Shown: positions 13,009 to 24,884 of the stretch, piece after piece
Position numbering within the stretch: the first letter of the stretch is position 1
Layout of the letters: each line of letters starts with the position of its first letter
From: Hydrolagus colliei
Taxonomy: Eukaryota
Reading direction: 5' to 3'
DNA: 64,000 nucleotides
Assembly (NCBI GenBank): GCA_035084275.1
Contig: JAYJKW010000357.1
Coordinates: 124,001 to 188,000 of the forward strand
Translations under genes and position numbers: made by a program
Notes under the pieces: generated by a model
The model's input: only the letters and a program-made list of their open reading frames with translations
Told to the model about the DNA's origin: nothing
Database searches by the model: none

Positions 13009-13433
13009 AATAGTGATTTCAACTGTGAGCAACAAAATGCTTCTCTGTGACAATTTTCTGATCTTTATTGACACTTGCTTTAATGCAGCAAATTCTTCAG
13101 CAAAGAAGTATATCATTGTGACTCGTGCGAACGTATGAGTCTGTCTGCATACACATGTCACCTTCACAAAGTGTTTTATTTATACCATTTGTTGCATATC
13201 GTGAACTAATTATCACAGAGGTTTAATGAGATCGATGAGATCACACCAATGGTTGATCAACGTGCAGTGACCTACAGGGTAACATTGAAAATTTGAGTTG
13301 TTTTGATCCAAATGCTAGCGTGCTGTGGAGATGTTGTGCGGCATCACACAATATCACAATATCGTATTAAATTATAAACGGTGAAGTAAAAGTCCAAAGC
13401 GGATAATCCAGCATAAGTTTCTAACAACACAGG

Positions 13434-13505
13434 AGGAGACGCCTTGGATTGAACCCGGGACCTCATACATGTGAAGCATGCGCTCTACATCTGAGCTGCA
13501 TCCCC
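13434..13505 (-). pseudogene. tRNA-Ala-derived pseudogene (anticodon CGC changed to CAC)
   Basis: Minus strand GGGGATGCAGCTCAGATGTAGAGCGCATGCTTCACATGTATGAGGTCCCGGGTTCAATCCAAGGCGTCTCC. Ala body with G3:U70; D-loop GG lost and T-stem mismatched. Confidence 0.8.
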
Positions 13506-14702
13506 ACGTAATGCAGTTCATAATTTTGGTTCCGCATTAGTTACGAACTTTAATGATTTGCTTAATTTGATTTATTATCCAGTGATTTATTTTCGGAATG
13601 TCTAAATTAGTGGCCAAAGTTAATAATCTTAAAAAGTTTCCAAAGGCAACATGAAAGGAAGAGCGGGAGATGTGTAGGTTCGTATAGAAGGAAAAATAGA
13701 TTATTTATTATGTTTTGATTTAGCGTGATGCTAAGATTCAGTTGCAACTAACATATGAAGAAATTGGTCTTTGATTGGTCCAGCAGCAATTTAAAAAAGA
13801 AGAAAATTAAGTGTTTACTTGAGGTATTTAATTTGAGTGATTGAAAGCGGCGTCCAGTGCTGTGATGAATCATGAGGCATACTATTTATCCATTTTAGTT
13901 ATCCAAGAAGTTTGTTCTGCGGAAACACTTGTGGTATTAGCTGGAATGTATAATATATCCAGTTTTTTTGTTATGTACAAAACCGAATAACAAAATTACA
14001 ATTGTAACTCACCTTTCACGTGGAGAGAATGTGCAAGGTGCAGAAAAGTCAATCACTTTACTTGTTGAAGCATCTAACAAGGAAATAAATTATCCTCAAC
14101 TGATTTACAAAACACTCCAGTAACATCATTCATTCTTGTAGTCTTCAAACCATTGGTAGTTCAAGTAGAGTCTACGTGAAATGGAACTGTATTCCTTCTA
14201 GCAATGCGCGATTTTGATAGTGCATGTTATCAGCCGTGAGCGCACCGCTGTCTGCAGTAACGGGAGCTGGCGGATAAGAAATGCGTGAATGTAGAAGGAT
14301 TCATTGGCTTCCTGACTAGCGCTGGCAAGCGCTTTGAGATGCCCTCTCATTCATATAGCGTGCAGGGCACTATAGAAAGCGAAGTTGCTATTGTTGTTGT
14401 TGTTGACACACTCCAACTGCGGCTGATGTCATTTCCTCTCTCCACGCTGCGGAACCGCCATCTGCTGCCGCCTCGTTAGATTGTCATTGAAAAGGCAGCG
14501 AGCAGATGCTGGATGGTTCATGTTTTCATCAAGACACAGAAGAGAATATTCGAAAAAGGAATGTAGATAGCCACGCACACGGACACACACAAATACATAC
14601 AGATAAACATAAAACCACAACTACTCACACAGACACACGTGCGCAGAATCACAGATGGAAATTCTGTACATAGAGATCCACAACAAGAACAAAAACTGCA
14701 CA

Positions 14703-15560
14703 ATTACACTTATGTATCTCATTTCGCATCAAGGGGACTTCCCAAGGTGCTGCGCAATCATTGTTTCAGACCCGAGCTGGGAGTAGGGAGGATGGAGGGA
14801 AAGAGGGGGATTTGAGGTGACCATTGGAACCATCGAAGAGGAGGGATTTGAGGTAGGACTGAAGGAGGCCATGGAGGCGGCGATGAGTAGGGAATGCGAG
14901 ATGGAGATCCAGAGCTTGTGGACAGATTGGCAAACGGCTCGTTCGCCAATGGTGGAGCGAGCGGGAAGGGGGACGAGGAGCAGGCCACAGACTGCTGAGC
15001 GAAGGAGTCGGGCAGGTTTGTAATATCATAGATGATCACGGATATAGGGTAGGGAGAGATTGTGGAGGCTTTAAATGTGAGGTTCAGGAACTTGAGTTGG
15101 ATCTTCTGAATAATGTGGAGCCAGTGGAGTCGGCAAGGATTGGCGTGATGGGGCACGATTTTTGGTAAGGTAGAGTGTCCAGGCCGCAGCATCTGGATTA
15201 TTTACAGCCTTTGGATGGAGCAATTGGTAAAGCCGACCAGCAGTTTATTACAATGTCGAGCCGGAATGTAATGTAGGCAAGGGTGAGACGTTCAGTGGCT
15301 TTTAGGTTGAGGTAATGGAGTCGAGCGATTTGCGGAGATGGGAAAACGCAGAGCGAAACATTGCTTTTACATGGGAGAGGAAAGGCAGTTGAGGGTAGAA
15401 CAAGATACCAAGGTTCCCGAATAGCTTGGTGAGGTTGAGTGTGCAACCATGGAGATTCGGGCAGCCAGCTATTGATACAAAAAGGCGCTGGTACCAGCCA
15501 AACAGTGGGGCCTCTGTCTTGTTAATATTAAATTGTACAAAGTTAGTTCTCATCCAGGTC
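14703..15560 (-). mobile_element. L2-clade LINE ORF2 3' fragment, decayed
   Basis: Minus-strand peptides LHWLHIIQKIQLKFLNLTFKA and QFNINKTEA resemble the L2 ORF2 C-terminus; tail near 14703. Confidence 0.75.
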
Positions 15561-15614
15561 ACGAAGTATAATTCTATTAACAAATCCGTTAGTTTGCCAA
15601 TGTTGTTCTATTGT

Positions 15615-15925
15615 GGAGTCATGTGACTCAGTGGACAGAGCACTCACCTTACAAACGAGATATCTGGGTTCGATTCCATTCAGCGTGAAACCTTAAGCAA
15701 GTTTCCATACACGACACACCTAACAATAAATCCTATATATATATTTAAATTTGGATCTTTCAATCCAAGATTGTTTGTGGGATACTGCCGTTCGCAACTG
15801 ACTGTCCTGTTTGTACCCACATATGTACAGTCAAGTCATTTTCCAGTATATTCTCTGAAGTGCTTTCAGATAACTGGAAAACTCGAAAAGCGCTATATTA
15901 AACGCAAGGATTATGATTGTTATCT
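15615..15925 (+). mobile_element. tRNA-derived SINE
   Basis: ggagtcatgtgactcagtggacagagcact head, ggttcgattcc B box, aagcgctatattaaacgcaaggattatg tail. Confidence 0.75.
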
Positions 15926-17214
15926 AGTGGTAAGGAGGAATATGCCTGTTAGTGGAATGGTAGATACTTAATTTGCTTTTTAAAGGAAACTGGAAACAAC
16001 TTTGACCAGCTTATTTAATACATATCTTAAAGGAGAAACAGTTATTAAGACTATGGAGAAAGGAGCTGTTTGGGTGGTTGACTAGGTGAGCACTTTCAAA
16101 TAATTCCTTTACAGTTCCAATTGGCTGGATGTCCTAATTCAGAGCTGCAAATTTACATCATTCTCCACGAACGGTTGCTTTGACGTTGTTCAATTCTCAC
16201 CCTTTACGAGAAAGGACCATGATCCACTCTGTTCAGTTTCGTCTCATCAAAGGCAACGAGATTATTATGTAAATTGAGCTTTATTTACATAAAGTATGTG
16301 TGGAACCACGACTACCTTGTTATTCTCAACCGCGAGGGAAGTCGCAGAGATGAATCATTTCGGCCACTGTGATGTACAGAACAAATGTAGTGTGAGTACG
16401 TTGATAACAATTTTGGTAAAATTACAATAATCCCTCCAAAAAAGCACAATAATAAAATTGATCATTTCATTCCATGAATGTTTGTGAGAAATTGGCTGTT
16501 GCCTTTCCCCCACATATATAATCATTTGGCTTTAGAGTAGATTCTGTGAAGCGCTTTGAGATGTTGATAAGATATGGAAAGCGCTATATCAAACACAAGA
16601 ATTATTATATTGTTAGGTATGATTATTATATGTAAAGGACAAATGGAGGCTATGAGGTATGGATCGAAATAACACTGTCGTTTAACTAAGCGAACTGGAT
16701 GAGCAGACCGTTTATCAATGGCCAAACACCAAAGAACATGGGAATCCTGGTATGTTAGATTGAACTTCGGCCTTGAGTAAATCAAGATGGGTTGCAGATC
16801 ACTGGTGTTCCTGTAATTGTGCTCCGAACAAGCTGAATACCGATGCCCATCAGGCAGCTGCAGAAACGTCTAACCTGGAATCGCGTCAATGGTCCAATAT
16901 TTGTTTTTCCAGGCCTTGGAAAGTAAATAAACTATTTTTAATAGATCAATATTTTGTCTTCCAAAGATTCCCTTAGGAATCCTTGCTGTTTGATAACTGA
17001 ACGAGTGTTTCTGTAGATTCAGAAACATCAATCATTTTGCGCAAATTAATGGTCGACATCGTAGATTTGTCAACTGGGTCTGTGGAATTCTTGGCCAGGA
17101 AACTCGCAGAATCTCCCTGCACTATATGGATTGTGTTATTGGTATATTTGCCCATACTCCTGTGTAGGCAGCCAGAACAACAGTGTAACAAACAGCACCT
17201 TCGAAAACGCAATG

Positions 17215-17510
17215 CAACAACAACTTTGATTTATATAGCGCCCTCCACGCCAGAGTGCGTCTCAGTGCGCTTCGCAGTAGCGGATCCCAGGAACGAGCCA
17301 GGCGCAGGGGCAGGCGGGTGACCAGAGCTCGGTCGAAGAGAAAGGTCTTGAACTGTGACTTGAAACTGGGAAGAGAGGGGCCGAGGCGAAGCGATTGAGG
17401 AAGTGAGTTCCAGAGCCTCGGGGCGTAGTCGCTAAATGCACGACCGCCGAGGGTGGAGCGGAGGACTCGGGGGACATTGAGGAAGTCAGACCCAGAGGAG
17501 CGAATTCCAA
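17215..17510 (-). mobile_element. L2-clade LINE 3' end
   Basis: Encodes RSSGSDFLNVPRVLRSTLGGRAFSDYAPRLWNSLPQSLR...FKSQFKTFLF, a typical L2 C-terminus, with a (ttg)n tail. Confidence 0.85.
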
Positions 17511-17964
17511 TGCATCCCGAACAATACATGTAACCCTCAGTTGAGTTGCTCCTTCGCGACTCTCTCAACTCTGATGTCCTTACGTTAACAATTGAATAGA
17601 AGATTCATGAAATATGGGATAGTTAATTATGGTGGTGATTGTTGCTGACGAACCAGAATCATTGGGTTCGTTGTTGGCGTCCTGTTTGATCCGGAATTCG
17701 AAGATAGTTTCTTTGAGTCAACAGCAGAATTATATGTTTGTGTCTCACTGAACTTGAGGCAGCATATTAATAACTCATTTGGAAGCATGAACGATACTTG
17801 TTTCCATCAGCTTCGTGATGGTCCCGCTGAAGATAGCCTATTGTACCTTGAAGGCCGCCTCCACAGGAGCAGTTAAACGCATGGTGCTGAAACAACGAAA
17901 TATAACGCATGACGTCAGAGCAAATCATCGACAGTTTGCTGCTTTCACAAATCCAGCACGACCG

Positions 17965-18600
17965 ACGGCGTTTCAGATCGCTGTAACTTAGCGGATCCCG
18001 GGACCGAAATAGGGATGGGTTGGGGGTGGGGGATGGAGCAGGGGACAGGTGATCGTAGACGTGGTTGAAAAGAAAGGTCTTGAAGAAAAATATGAAAATA
18101 GAAAATGAGAGGATGAGGTGAAGGTTTTTAGGCACACAGCTTCCAGAATGTCGCGGCGTTCAAGCTGAAGTTACTGCTACCGACGGTGGACGGAGAATTC
18201 ATGTAACAAACCGGAGACCAGATACAGTAGTGAAGAGGCAATAGGCCTCTGTTGTGACCAGAGAGAAGGTTAGAGACATAGTGGGGAACTGAGGAGTGGA
18301 GAGCTTTCAACACAAGAGTGTGGATCCTGACGTCGATCTTTCATCGCAGGGAACCAATGAAGTCTGGCAACGACTGAGATAGTTGCGGAGCTAGTTAGGG
18401 TTCTGGGGAGAATGCGGGCGGCAAAGTATGAGATGGATATTTTGAATGGTGTCGCAGCGTAGACCGGCGTGGAAGGTCATCGAGCAGTCCAGAACGGAGT
18501 TGACAAAGGCATGGACCAGGGTTTGACCAGCTATAGGGGTGAGATATTAGCGGATGTTGGGGGGAAGGACATTTGAGGGTCGAGCAGGAATCCGAGATGC
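17965..18600 (-). mobile_element. L2-clade LINE fragment, decayed
   Basis: Minus-strand LKALHSSVPHYVSNLL...GSSNFSLNAATFWK resembles the other L2 copies. Confidence 0.6.
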
Positions 18601-19056
18601 CACAATTGTCTCCTTAATGTGTGGAGTGAGTTCACTCATAAAGGGTGGTTATGAGCCAGCGCATGAGCTCTGGCTGTTTTGCTGAGATTCATATGATTCA
18701 ACTCTTCCGTAATAGTACCTTTCACTTACTCGCTTGCCTCTTTTGAATTATATTTCTTCACTGATCTCTTCGTCATTTTATTCTGCCACACCCTTCATCC
18801 CTATTCTCGCATAACTTCTACCTCTTCAGCTCTGAACACCCAACATTGGTCCAAATCCCTGAACTGCCAGCACCATTGTTTAACCTCTCATCAAAAACCC
18901 ATTTTGCGAATGCACTTAATTTTTTTGTGATTGTCTGTTTAGGCCTTTGTTTTTGCTCGACTCCCTTGAAAATCTTACCCTCCCGTCTTTCACTCTATTT
19001 TATTTATTGTCCTGCACATTCCCCTGTGGTCTCATCTGTTCCACTTGCTAAAAAAT

Positions 19057-19086
19057 CCAGAGTTCCACTGGCCAGTGGAACTCTGG
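19057..19086. repeat. Perfect 30-bp palindrome
   Basis: ccagagttccactgg|ccagtggaactctgg is its own reverse complement and is followed by a further ccagtggaa. Confidence 0.95.
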
Positions 19087-19814
19087 CCAGTGGAATAAAA
19101 GTGACAATAAAAAATAACTACTTCATGAGTCCAAGCTCGTGGATTGCATTGGCTCGTTTATTGAACTGTCTTCCAAACGAGTATTCTTAGATCTCAAACC
19201 ACTGAAATGCAGGAATCAATAGAAGTGAATTTCACGATAGTTTGCCAATTAGCCTCATTCCAATCCTGACCAAAAAACAATAGGTGACAGTAAAAAAAAT
19301 TGCGGAGTTGTCTCCATGGTTTGGTTATTGTTAGGGAAGCAGTTTGTCAGTGGAGGCCGTGGCCTGACTTGTGTTAAGTCTGATGGTGTGTATGGTAGGG
19401 CGATGGTTGGATATCGGCTGGCTGATGGTAATAATGTTGGCGTGTAGGCCATTAATGCTAAGCTGTAGATATACAGAGGAATTCCACTAATTTCAGCGTT
19501 GCTTCTATGTATGCCTCATCTACCGACTGACTTTCTTTCATGAACAGTGGGCTCTTGATTTGATCCAGAAGGCCCTGGTCGATTACAATATAATTCCAAA
19601 AAGATGATTCTTTCAGCACATTTGCAAAGTTTGGGACAAGAGTATGGTGGATTTGTCAGAAAGTCGAAAGTGCTGCAGTGAGACATGGCTGAAACTAGAT
19701 TGTGCAGAAACTGCCACGAAGTGAGTGATTAATTTTATGTGCGGGATTGTTTATTATTGATTAGGAGAAATTCACTGATAATTTAGAAAAATTCCATGGG
19801 AAATGTTAACATCC

Positions 19815-20425
19815 ACATTGACTATCCCTCCTCGTTGGCTTTCCTGGTTCTTCCCTCATAAATTCCGGAAATCCAGAACTCTGTATCTCGTGTCCTCACG
19901 CGCACCATGATCCGCGATTACGTCACTCCCACCATCACCCTGCATTGGCTCCCCATGCCGCAGAGTGCCGAAAGCTAGTTGTTTATCCTCGCCTTGAAGG
20001 CTATTCACCGCTTTGCCACCCAATACTTCTCCGACCCAATATCCCCCTACCAATCTCCCCTCCGCTTCCTTCCAACTCCCTCATTCAGATCCGAACTCTC
20101 TCCCTCCCTCACATCCCAACTCTGTCTCTCCCTCGACGGGCTCAGACCTGCTGTATGTCTCTCACCATTGGCGGACGGGCTTTCAGCCTCTCTGCCCCAA
20201 ACCTATGGAACTCCATCCCTCACTAACTTCACCTCGCTACCTTCCTCGCCTCCTTCATGGCCGGTCTCACGTACTTCATCTTCGACCTTCAATCTGCTGC
20301 CGACTCATCTCTCTCCAACCTCCTGACTCTCTCCCGACCCTCCCCGCTACAGCTCTCGCAAGCTCGGTTCAGCAGCTAGGGACGTCCTCCCGATGTATAA
20401 CGCGTTGTGGAAGTTTATGTTGAAC
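19815..20425 (+). mobile_element. L2-clade LINE 3' fragment
   Basis: ctgcattggctcccc (LHWLP), IGGRAFSLSAPNLWNSIP and a gggacgtcctcccgatgt tail. Confidence 0.8.
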
Positions 20426-21289
20426 AACAACCGCAGTGTAAACCCTCATCTAAAGGACCGCACCCCCGGCAAAGCAACAAATCCCCAGCAAAACACTTAA
20501 ATCACATTGTTTCTTACTAAGAGGCTCAAGTGAACCCAATGAGCCAGACTGACAACTTTGCAAATTGAACCGTAGCTCGTAACCAGACTTGCTGAATATC
20601 TGAAAGTCATATCGGAATTGTGTGGAGTGGTAAACATTTCAACATTATATGTTTAAATTTCAACAGTAATACAGCGCCACTAATGGATTGCGAAGACTTT
20701 GATTCTTCCCATTTCAGCCAACACTCTCAACGTGTTATTTGAAATAATGATATACAACCCTGATTATAATCCTGATAATTCATGTCGTTCCTTATCATCT
20801 TTTCAAAACGCCCACATCAATGCTCAAAGCATGTATCCTACAGCGATCTCTTTATTGTGAATTTTTGGTTGAAGCGTAAGCGTATAACCAAACTCAAGAT
20901 CAATATATAGACATATAATTCACCTTCCACCGTCCTACTTGTTGCAACAATATATGCCAGCGAACAATATGTGGACTATGTTACTATAATGCCTAAAATG
21001 AACTTTTACTTTTCAATCAACACTTTTTCCACAGCTTTACTGTTTGATCATTGGAATAGTGTTTCTGTACATTCGAAACATAATAGACATTTTGCGCACA
21101 GTAAAGTGCGAGATTCATCCCTAAAGTGACTGATCTATTTTATCTGTGGGAATGTTGGCAAGGAAAATTACTTAATCTCCCTGCACTATTTGAGTTGAGA
21201 ACAAGGATATGGTGGCATCCGCAAGTAAAGACAGCTGAAACCTAAGTTTAACAGCTACTTAGTAAACGCTATGTATCACACAAACTCAC

Positions 21290-21600
21290 TGACACTCACA
21301 CATACAGAAAAACACACACGCACTCACAGTGAGAGAGAGAGAGAGTTAGAGAGGGAGACTCAGACACTCACACACACCTTTAGATAGAGAAACACACATG
21401 CGCACGCATAAACACACAGAAACAGATATAGAGGGACGGATGCATAATCACACATATACCCACACATATACACAAACACAGTCTACACACATAGACACAC
21501 AAAATGAGAGAGGGAGAGAGAGAGACAGAAATGGTGGGAAACAGTTATAAACTCACAGAGGTTAGAGAGAGAGAGGGGGAGAGACACAGGGGAGAGAATC
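21290..21600. repeat. (CA)n/(GA)n low-complexity tract
   Basis: Degenerate CA and GA dinucleotide runs. Confidence 0.8.
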
Positions 21601-22071
21601 GCACATGAAGTGATTGATCAGTTGTATCTGGGGGACGGTTGGGCAGGACACTTGGAGAATCTCCCTGCACGATTTGGAGTGTTGTTTCTTCCCAGCCCAA
21701 CTCTACAAATAGTTAATTAGTTAAATAACTAATTTAGCTAAGTAAACTAATGAGTTAAACTGCAATTAGTTAAAATGAGAGCTTGACCCTATGAAGTAAG
21801 TTTGCCTTAATTAACAATCTGGGGAATTCCTTATGTGAGTGGGGATATATTCATGTCTCTCAGTTCGTTTGGGTACTTTAAAAACAATTTGCGTTGATGT
21901 AAGTTGACGGCTGCAATACTATTGGACTGGGAATGCGCAGGGATCAGACAATGAGCTGCCCTTCAATGTGATTATTAGGGTAAGTTGCATAACTCAGAGC
22001 TGTTTTACACACGGCTCAAAGTTAACCAACGCAATGTGGTAAAAGTGGTCAACAGAGCGTTCACTGTGATT

Positions 22072-22078
22072 TATATAA
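22072..22078 (+). promoter_or_regulatory. Putative TATA box of GPCR gene 1
   Basis: gttcactgtgattTATATAAgg lies 93 nt upstream of the ATG; the paralog has gttcactgttgaTATAAAA 97 nt upstream. Confidence 0.5.
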
Positions 22079-22164
22079 GGATCCGTTTTACCAGCTTGAG
22101 GATCATCTCTTTCACGTGAGCTGCTGCCTGTGCCCAGAGGAGCGTTAATCTTTTTACAATCACG

Positions 22165-22234
22165 ATGAATCTTCCGATATTGACTAGGATAGAAGATATT
22201 TACTACCCGGTTCTCGCTGCTTTTGGAGTTCCTG
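22165..22234 (+). CDS. GPR139-like class A GPCR gene 1, exon 1 (MNLPILTRIEDIYYPVLAAFGVP)
   Basis: 70-nt exon ending CCTG|GCAAGT. The phase-1 join to 24885 gives GVP-A-NL and a 328-aa ORF; the paralog exon at 53081 has the same structure. Confidence 0.85.
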
Positions 22235-22469
22235 GCAAGTGATTTAAACAATTTATAATCTATGTTAATGTGCCGTAAGGTGTGCATCCTGACTCAGTTT
22301 ATTCCTCTGATGATGATTAGTATATGTTCATATTATGTCTTTGTATCTGTCTCTCTCTTTCGGTGTTTCTTTATCCTATTTCTGTTGTGCAGGACTCCCT
22401 GTGAATCTTTGTCTGTGTATCATTCTGAAGCTACCTATTTCTATGTTGATTACTGTATATGTCTCTATT

Positions 22470-22610
22470 CATAGAATCATAGAATTTTTCAGCACAAATT
22501 GAGTCCATTCAGCCCATCGAGTCTGTGCCGTCACTTTGAAAATAGCTATTGAAAGTCAATTCCTCTCCCCAGATCTCTCCTCATAACCCCGCAAGCCCAT
22601 CCTCCCGGTC
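22470..22610 (-). mobile_element. CR1 LINE 3' tail (in the GPCR intron)
   Basis: atagaatcatagaa...gcccatcgagtctgtgccg is the reverse complement of the CR1 3' UTR at 38515-38594. Confidence 0.65.
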
Positions 22611-22944
22611 CTCTCTTCCACTGTCTGTCTGCCTCTGTGATGCTGTTTTTTGTCTCCATGCCTGTCGTTTTTTCTTTCTTTCTTTCTTTCTTTTCGTCTG
22701 TATCTGTCTCCGTTTCTTCCTCTCCTCGTGCCTGCTGTCTACTGAGAGTGGTGATCCTTATGGTAATGTGCCTCTTTGTATCCATCTCTCTCCGTCTCTC
22801 TTTGTACTTAGCACCTCTCTGTCTCAGGGCATCGCTTTCTTTCTCTCTCTCTGATTCTCCAGCTACGTATATATATTTCCAAATATTTAATACTGATTGG
22901 CTCGCGCCAGCGCCTTGATGCATCCGGCACTGGCAGCAGCAACC

Positions 22945-23215
22945 TCCATCGTTGCTCACTCGACCTCATCAAGTCCTTGGTGTCTTGTTCGACCCTCAGC
23001 TGTCTTGCCTCCATCACACCCAAGCAATGATTCGCTCTTCCTTTCCTTATCTCAGCCACTTTGCCCGACTTCTCCACTGTCTCACCCCCCAAAGTCGCTT
23101 AACCCGTCATTCCTGCCTTCATTACATCCCGGCTCGGCTATGCAAGCGCCCTGGTGGTCGGCCTTCCCAACTCCTCCCTCCCCAGGCTGCAGAGGATCCA
23201 GAATCCTGCGGCATG
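22945..23215 (+). mobile_element. L2 fragment in the GPCR intron
   Basis: QVLGVLFDPQLSCLHH...YLSHFARL and cggctcggctatgcaagcgccctggtggtcggccttccc resemble L2 ORF2. Confidence 0.6.
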
Positions 23216-24884
23216 CGTCCTCTACTGTTCCAAACTCGGATTTTCGTTCTCCTTGTCTGTGTGTGTCACTCGTTGTACACAATGTTTGTCCCTGTGTGCG
23301 TCTCGCTGTCTCTTCATCTCTTGATCTGTGTCTATCTCTCTCGCTCTATATGTGACAGTGTGTACATATTTCTCTACGAATGTGTGTCGCTCCCTCTCGC
23401 TCTCTTTTTTCATTAATACAAAGCTCATTCTCTCTGTATCTTGTGCGCTGTCTTTCCCTTATCTGTACTCTCCTCTCTCTCACTGAGTATCTCTCTCTTA
23501 CAATTTTCTCTGTGAACAAACTCAACTGTCAAGCTGGACGACCGGGATAGTTTATAAAGTAATGTGATACCGAAGGCAATTTTATTTTCTCGACACATCT
23601 CTGTTTTCCTAGATTTAGTTTGGTCAGCAGGGGGTTTGAGGAATTAGAGAATCCTATTATCATCTATATGAATATGCAATCAAAGCAAATTGATCACAAA
23701 CAGGGCGAGGGGGAGATGCAGTGAGACAGACGAAGAGATTTACATTGAAATACGCACACGTGCACCACTGGAGAGAGAGAGAGGAGAGAGAGAGCTATGC
23801 ATGGACAAACAGATCAACAGACATAGGCAGAGTTAGTTTTTCTCTGCACTATTTTCCAGCAATCCATGTCTGGGATTTACATGTATATTTGAGATGCATG
23901 CAGGTTTCAGTTGGGTTTGTTTACTGCTGTGCAGATCAAAACATTTTATGCATGTTCTTGCACCATGTTGGCCCCCAAAGACATATACCTGCTTGTCGCT
24001 TTATGTGTATTTGTAACTCTCTCTGCCAATCTACATATGGCTGGTCTTCTATCTGTCTGTGCGTCCCTCCCCCTCTCACTGTTTCATTCTCTCGTTGAGT
24101 GTGTGTGAATGGATATACAACTATCTCTGTTTCAAAATTTTCCTCCCTTTCTATCTGTGGGTTAAACTATCTCTATTTGTCCTGTGGATCTTTCTCACCT
24201 TGTGTGTATATTTAAGCTATAAATATACACACAATATACACACATATCTGTATGTGTTTGTGAGAATATTCGGGTGATGTGTCCCTCTCTCTGCCTGTGG
24301 GCACATATATCTATGTGCATCTGACTCTTACGTTTCTATTTTTATCAGTGAATCTTTCACTCTGTGAAGAACTATCTGTCTGTCAGACTGAGTGTATCTA
24401 TCTGTCTCATAGTATCTTTGTGCCTCTCTCAGTGTGTCTGTGTATTACTATCTGTTCAGTTGTATCTCTGCATCTTCCTTTCCCTCCGTGTCTGTGAGTG
24501 TCTCTCTCTGAAAAGGTATAAATATTTCTGCCGTTTCAAAAACGTGTATTGGTGGCTTTCTGACTGAATCTGTTTTTCTCCACATTGTCCTTTGTGTCCC
24601 TTCTTTGTTTGTTGCTACATTTCCCTCTGCATGCGAGTACATCTCCCTGTTTCTGTGCATCAATCTCTGTCTCTGTATGTTCATGTGGCTGTGTCACTTA
24701 GTGATGGGCTGCGAGCCAGACATTTCTCCATCTCCCTTTTATTCCGCAAAATAGTGACTTCATGTGAGAGAAGCGAATACTATCAAACAGAAAGTCCAGC
24801 ACAAAATATATACTTGATCAGCACAAAATCAACTGCAGAAATTGATTATTATAACTGGTCATTTCTCTCTCTCTCCCTCTGTAG

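Noticed and set aside
22546-24840. Many Cys/Leu/Ser-rich ORFs (also at 54236-55087 and 29014-30012)
   Set aside because: Translations of CT/GT/CA low-complexity sequence.
24842-24884. ORF-track N-termini of the GPCRs (24842 and 55296)
   Set aside because: These are intronic polypyrimidine tract with non-ATG starts; the real starts are at 22165 and 53081.
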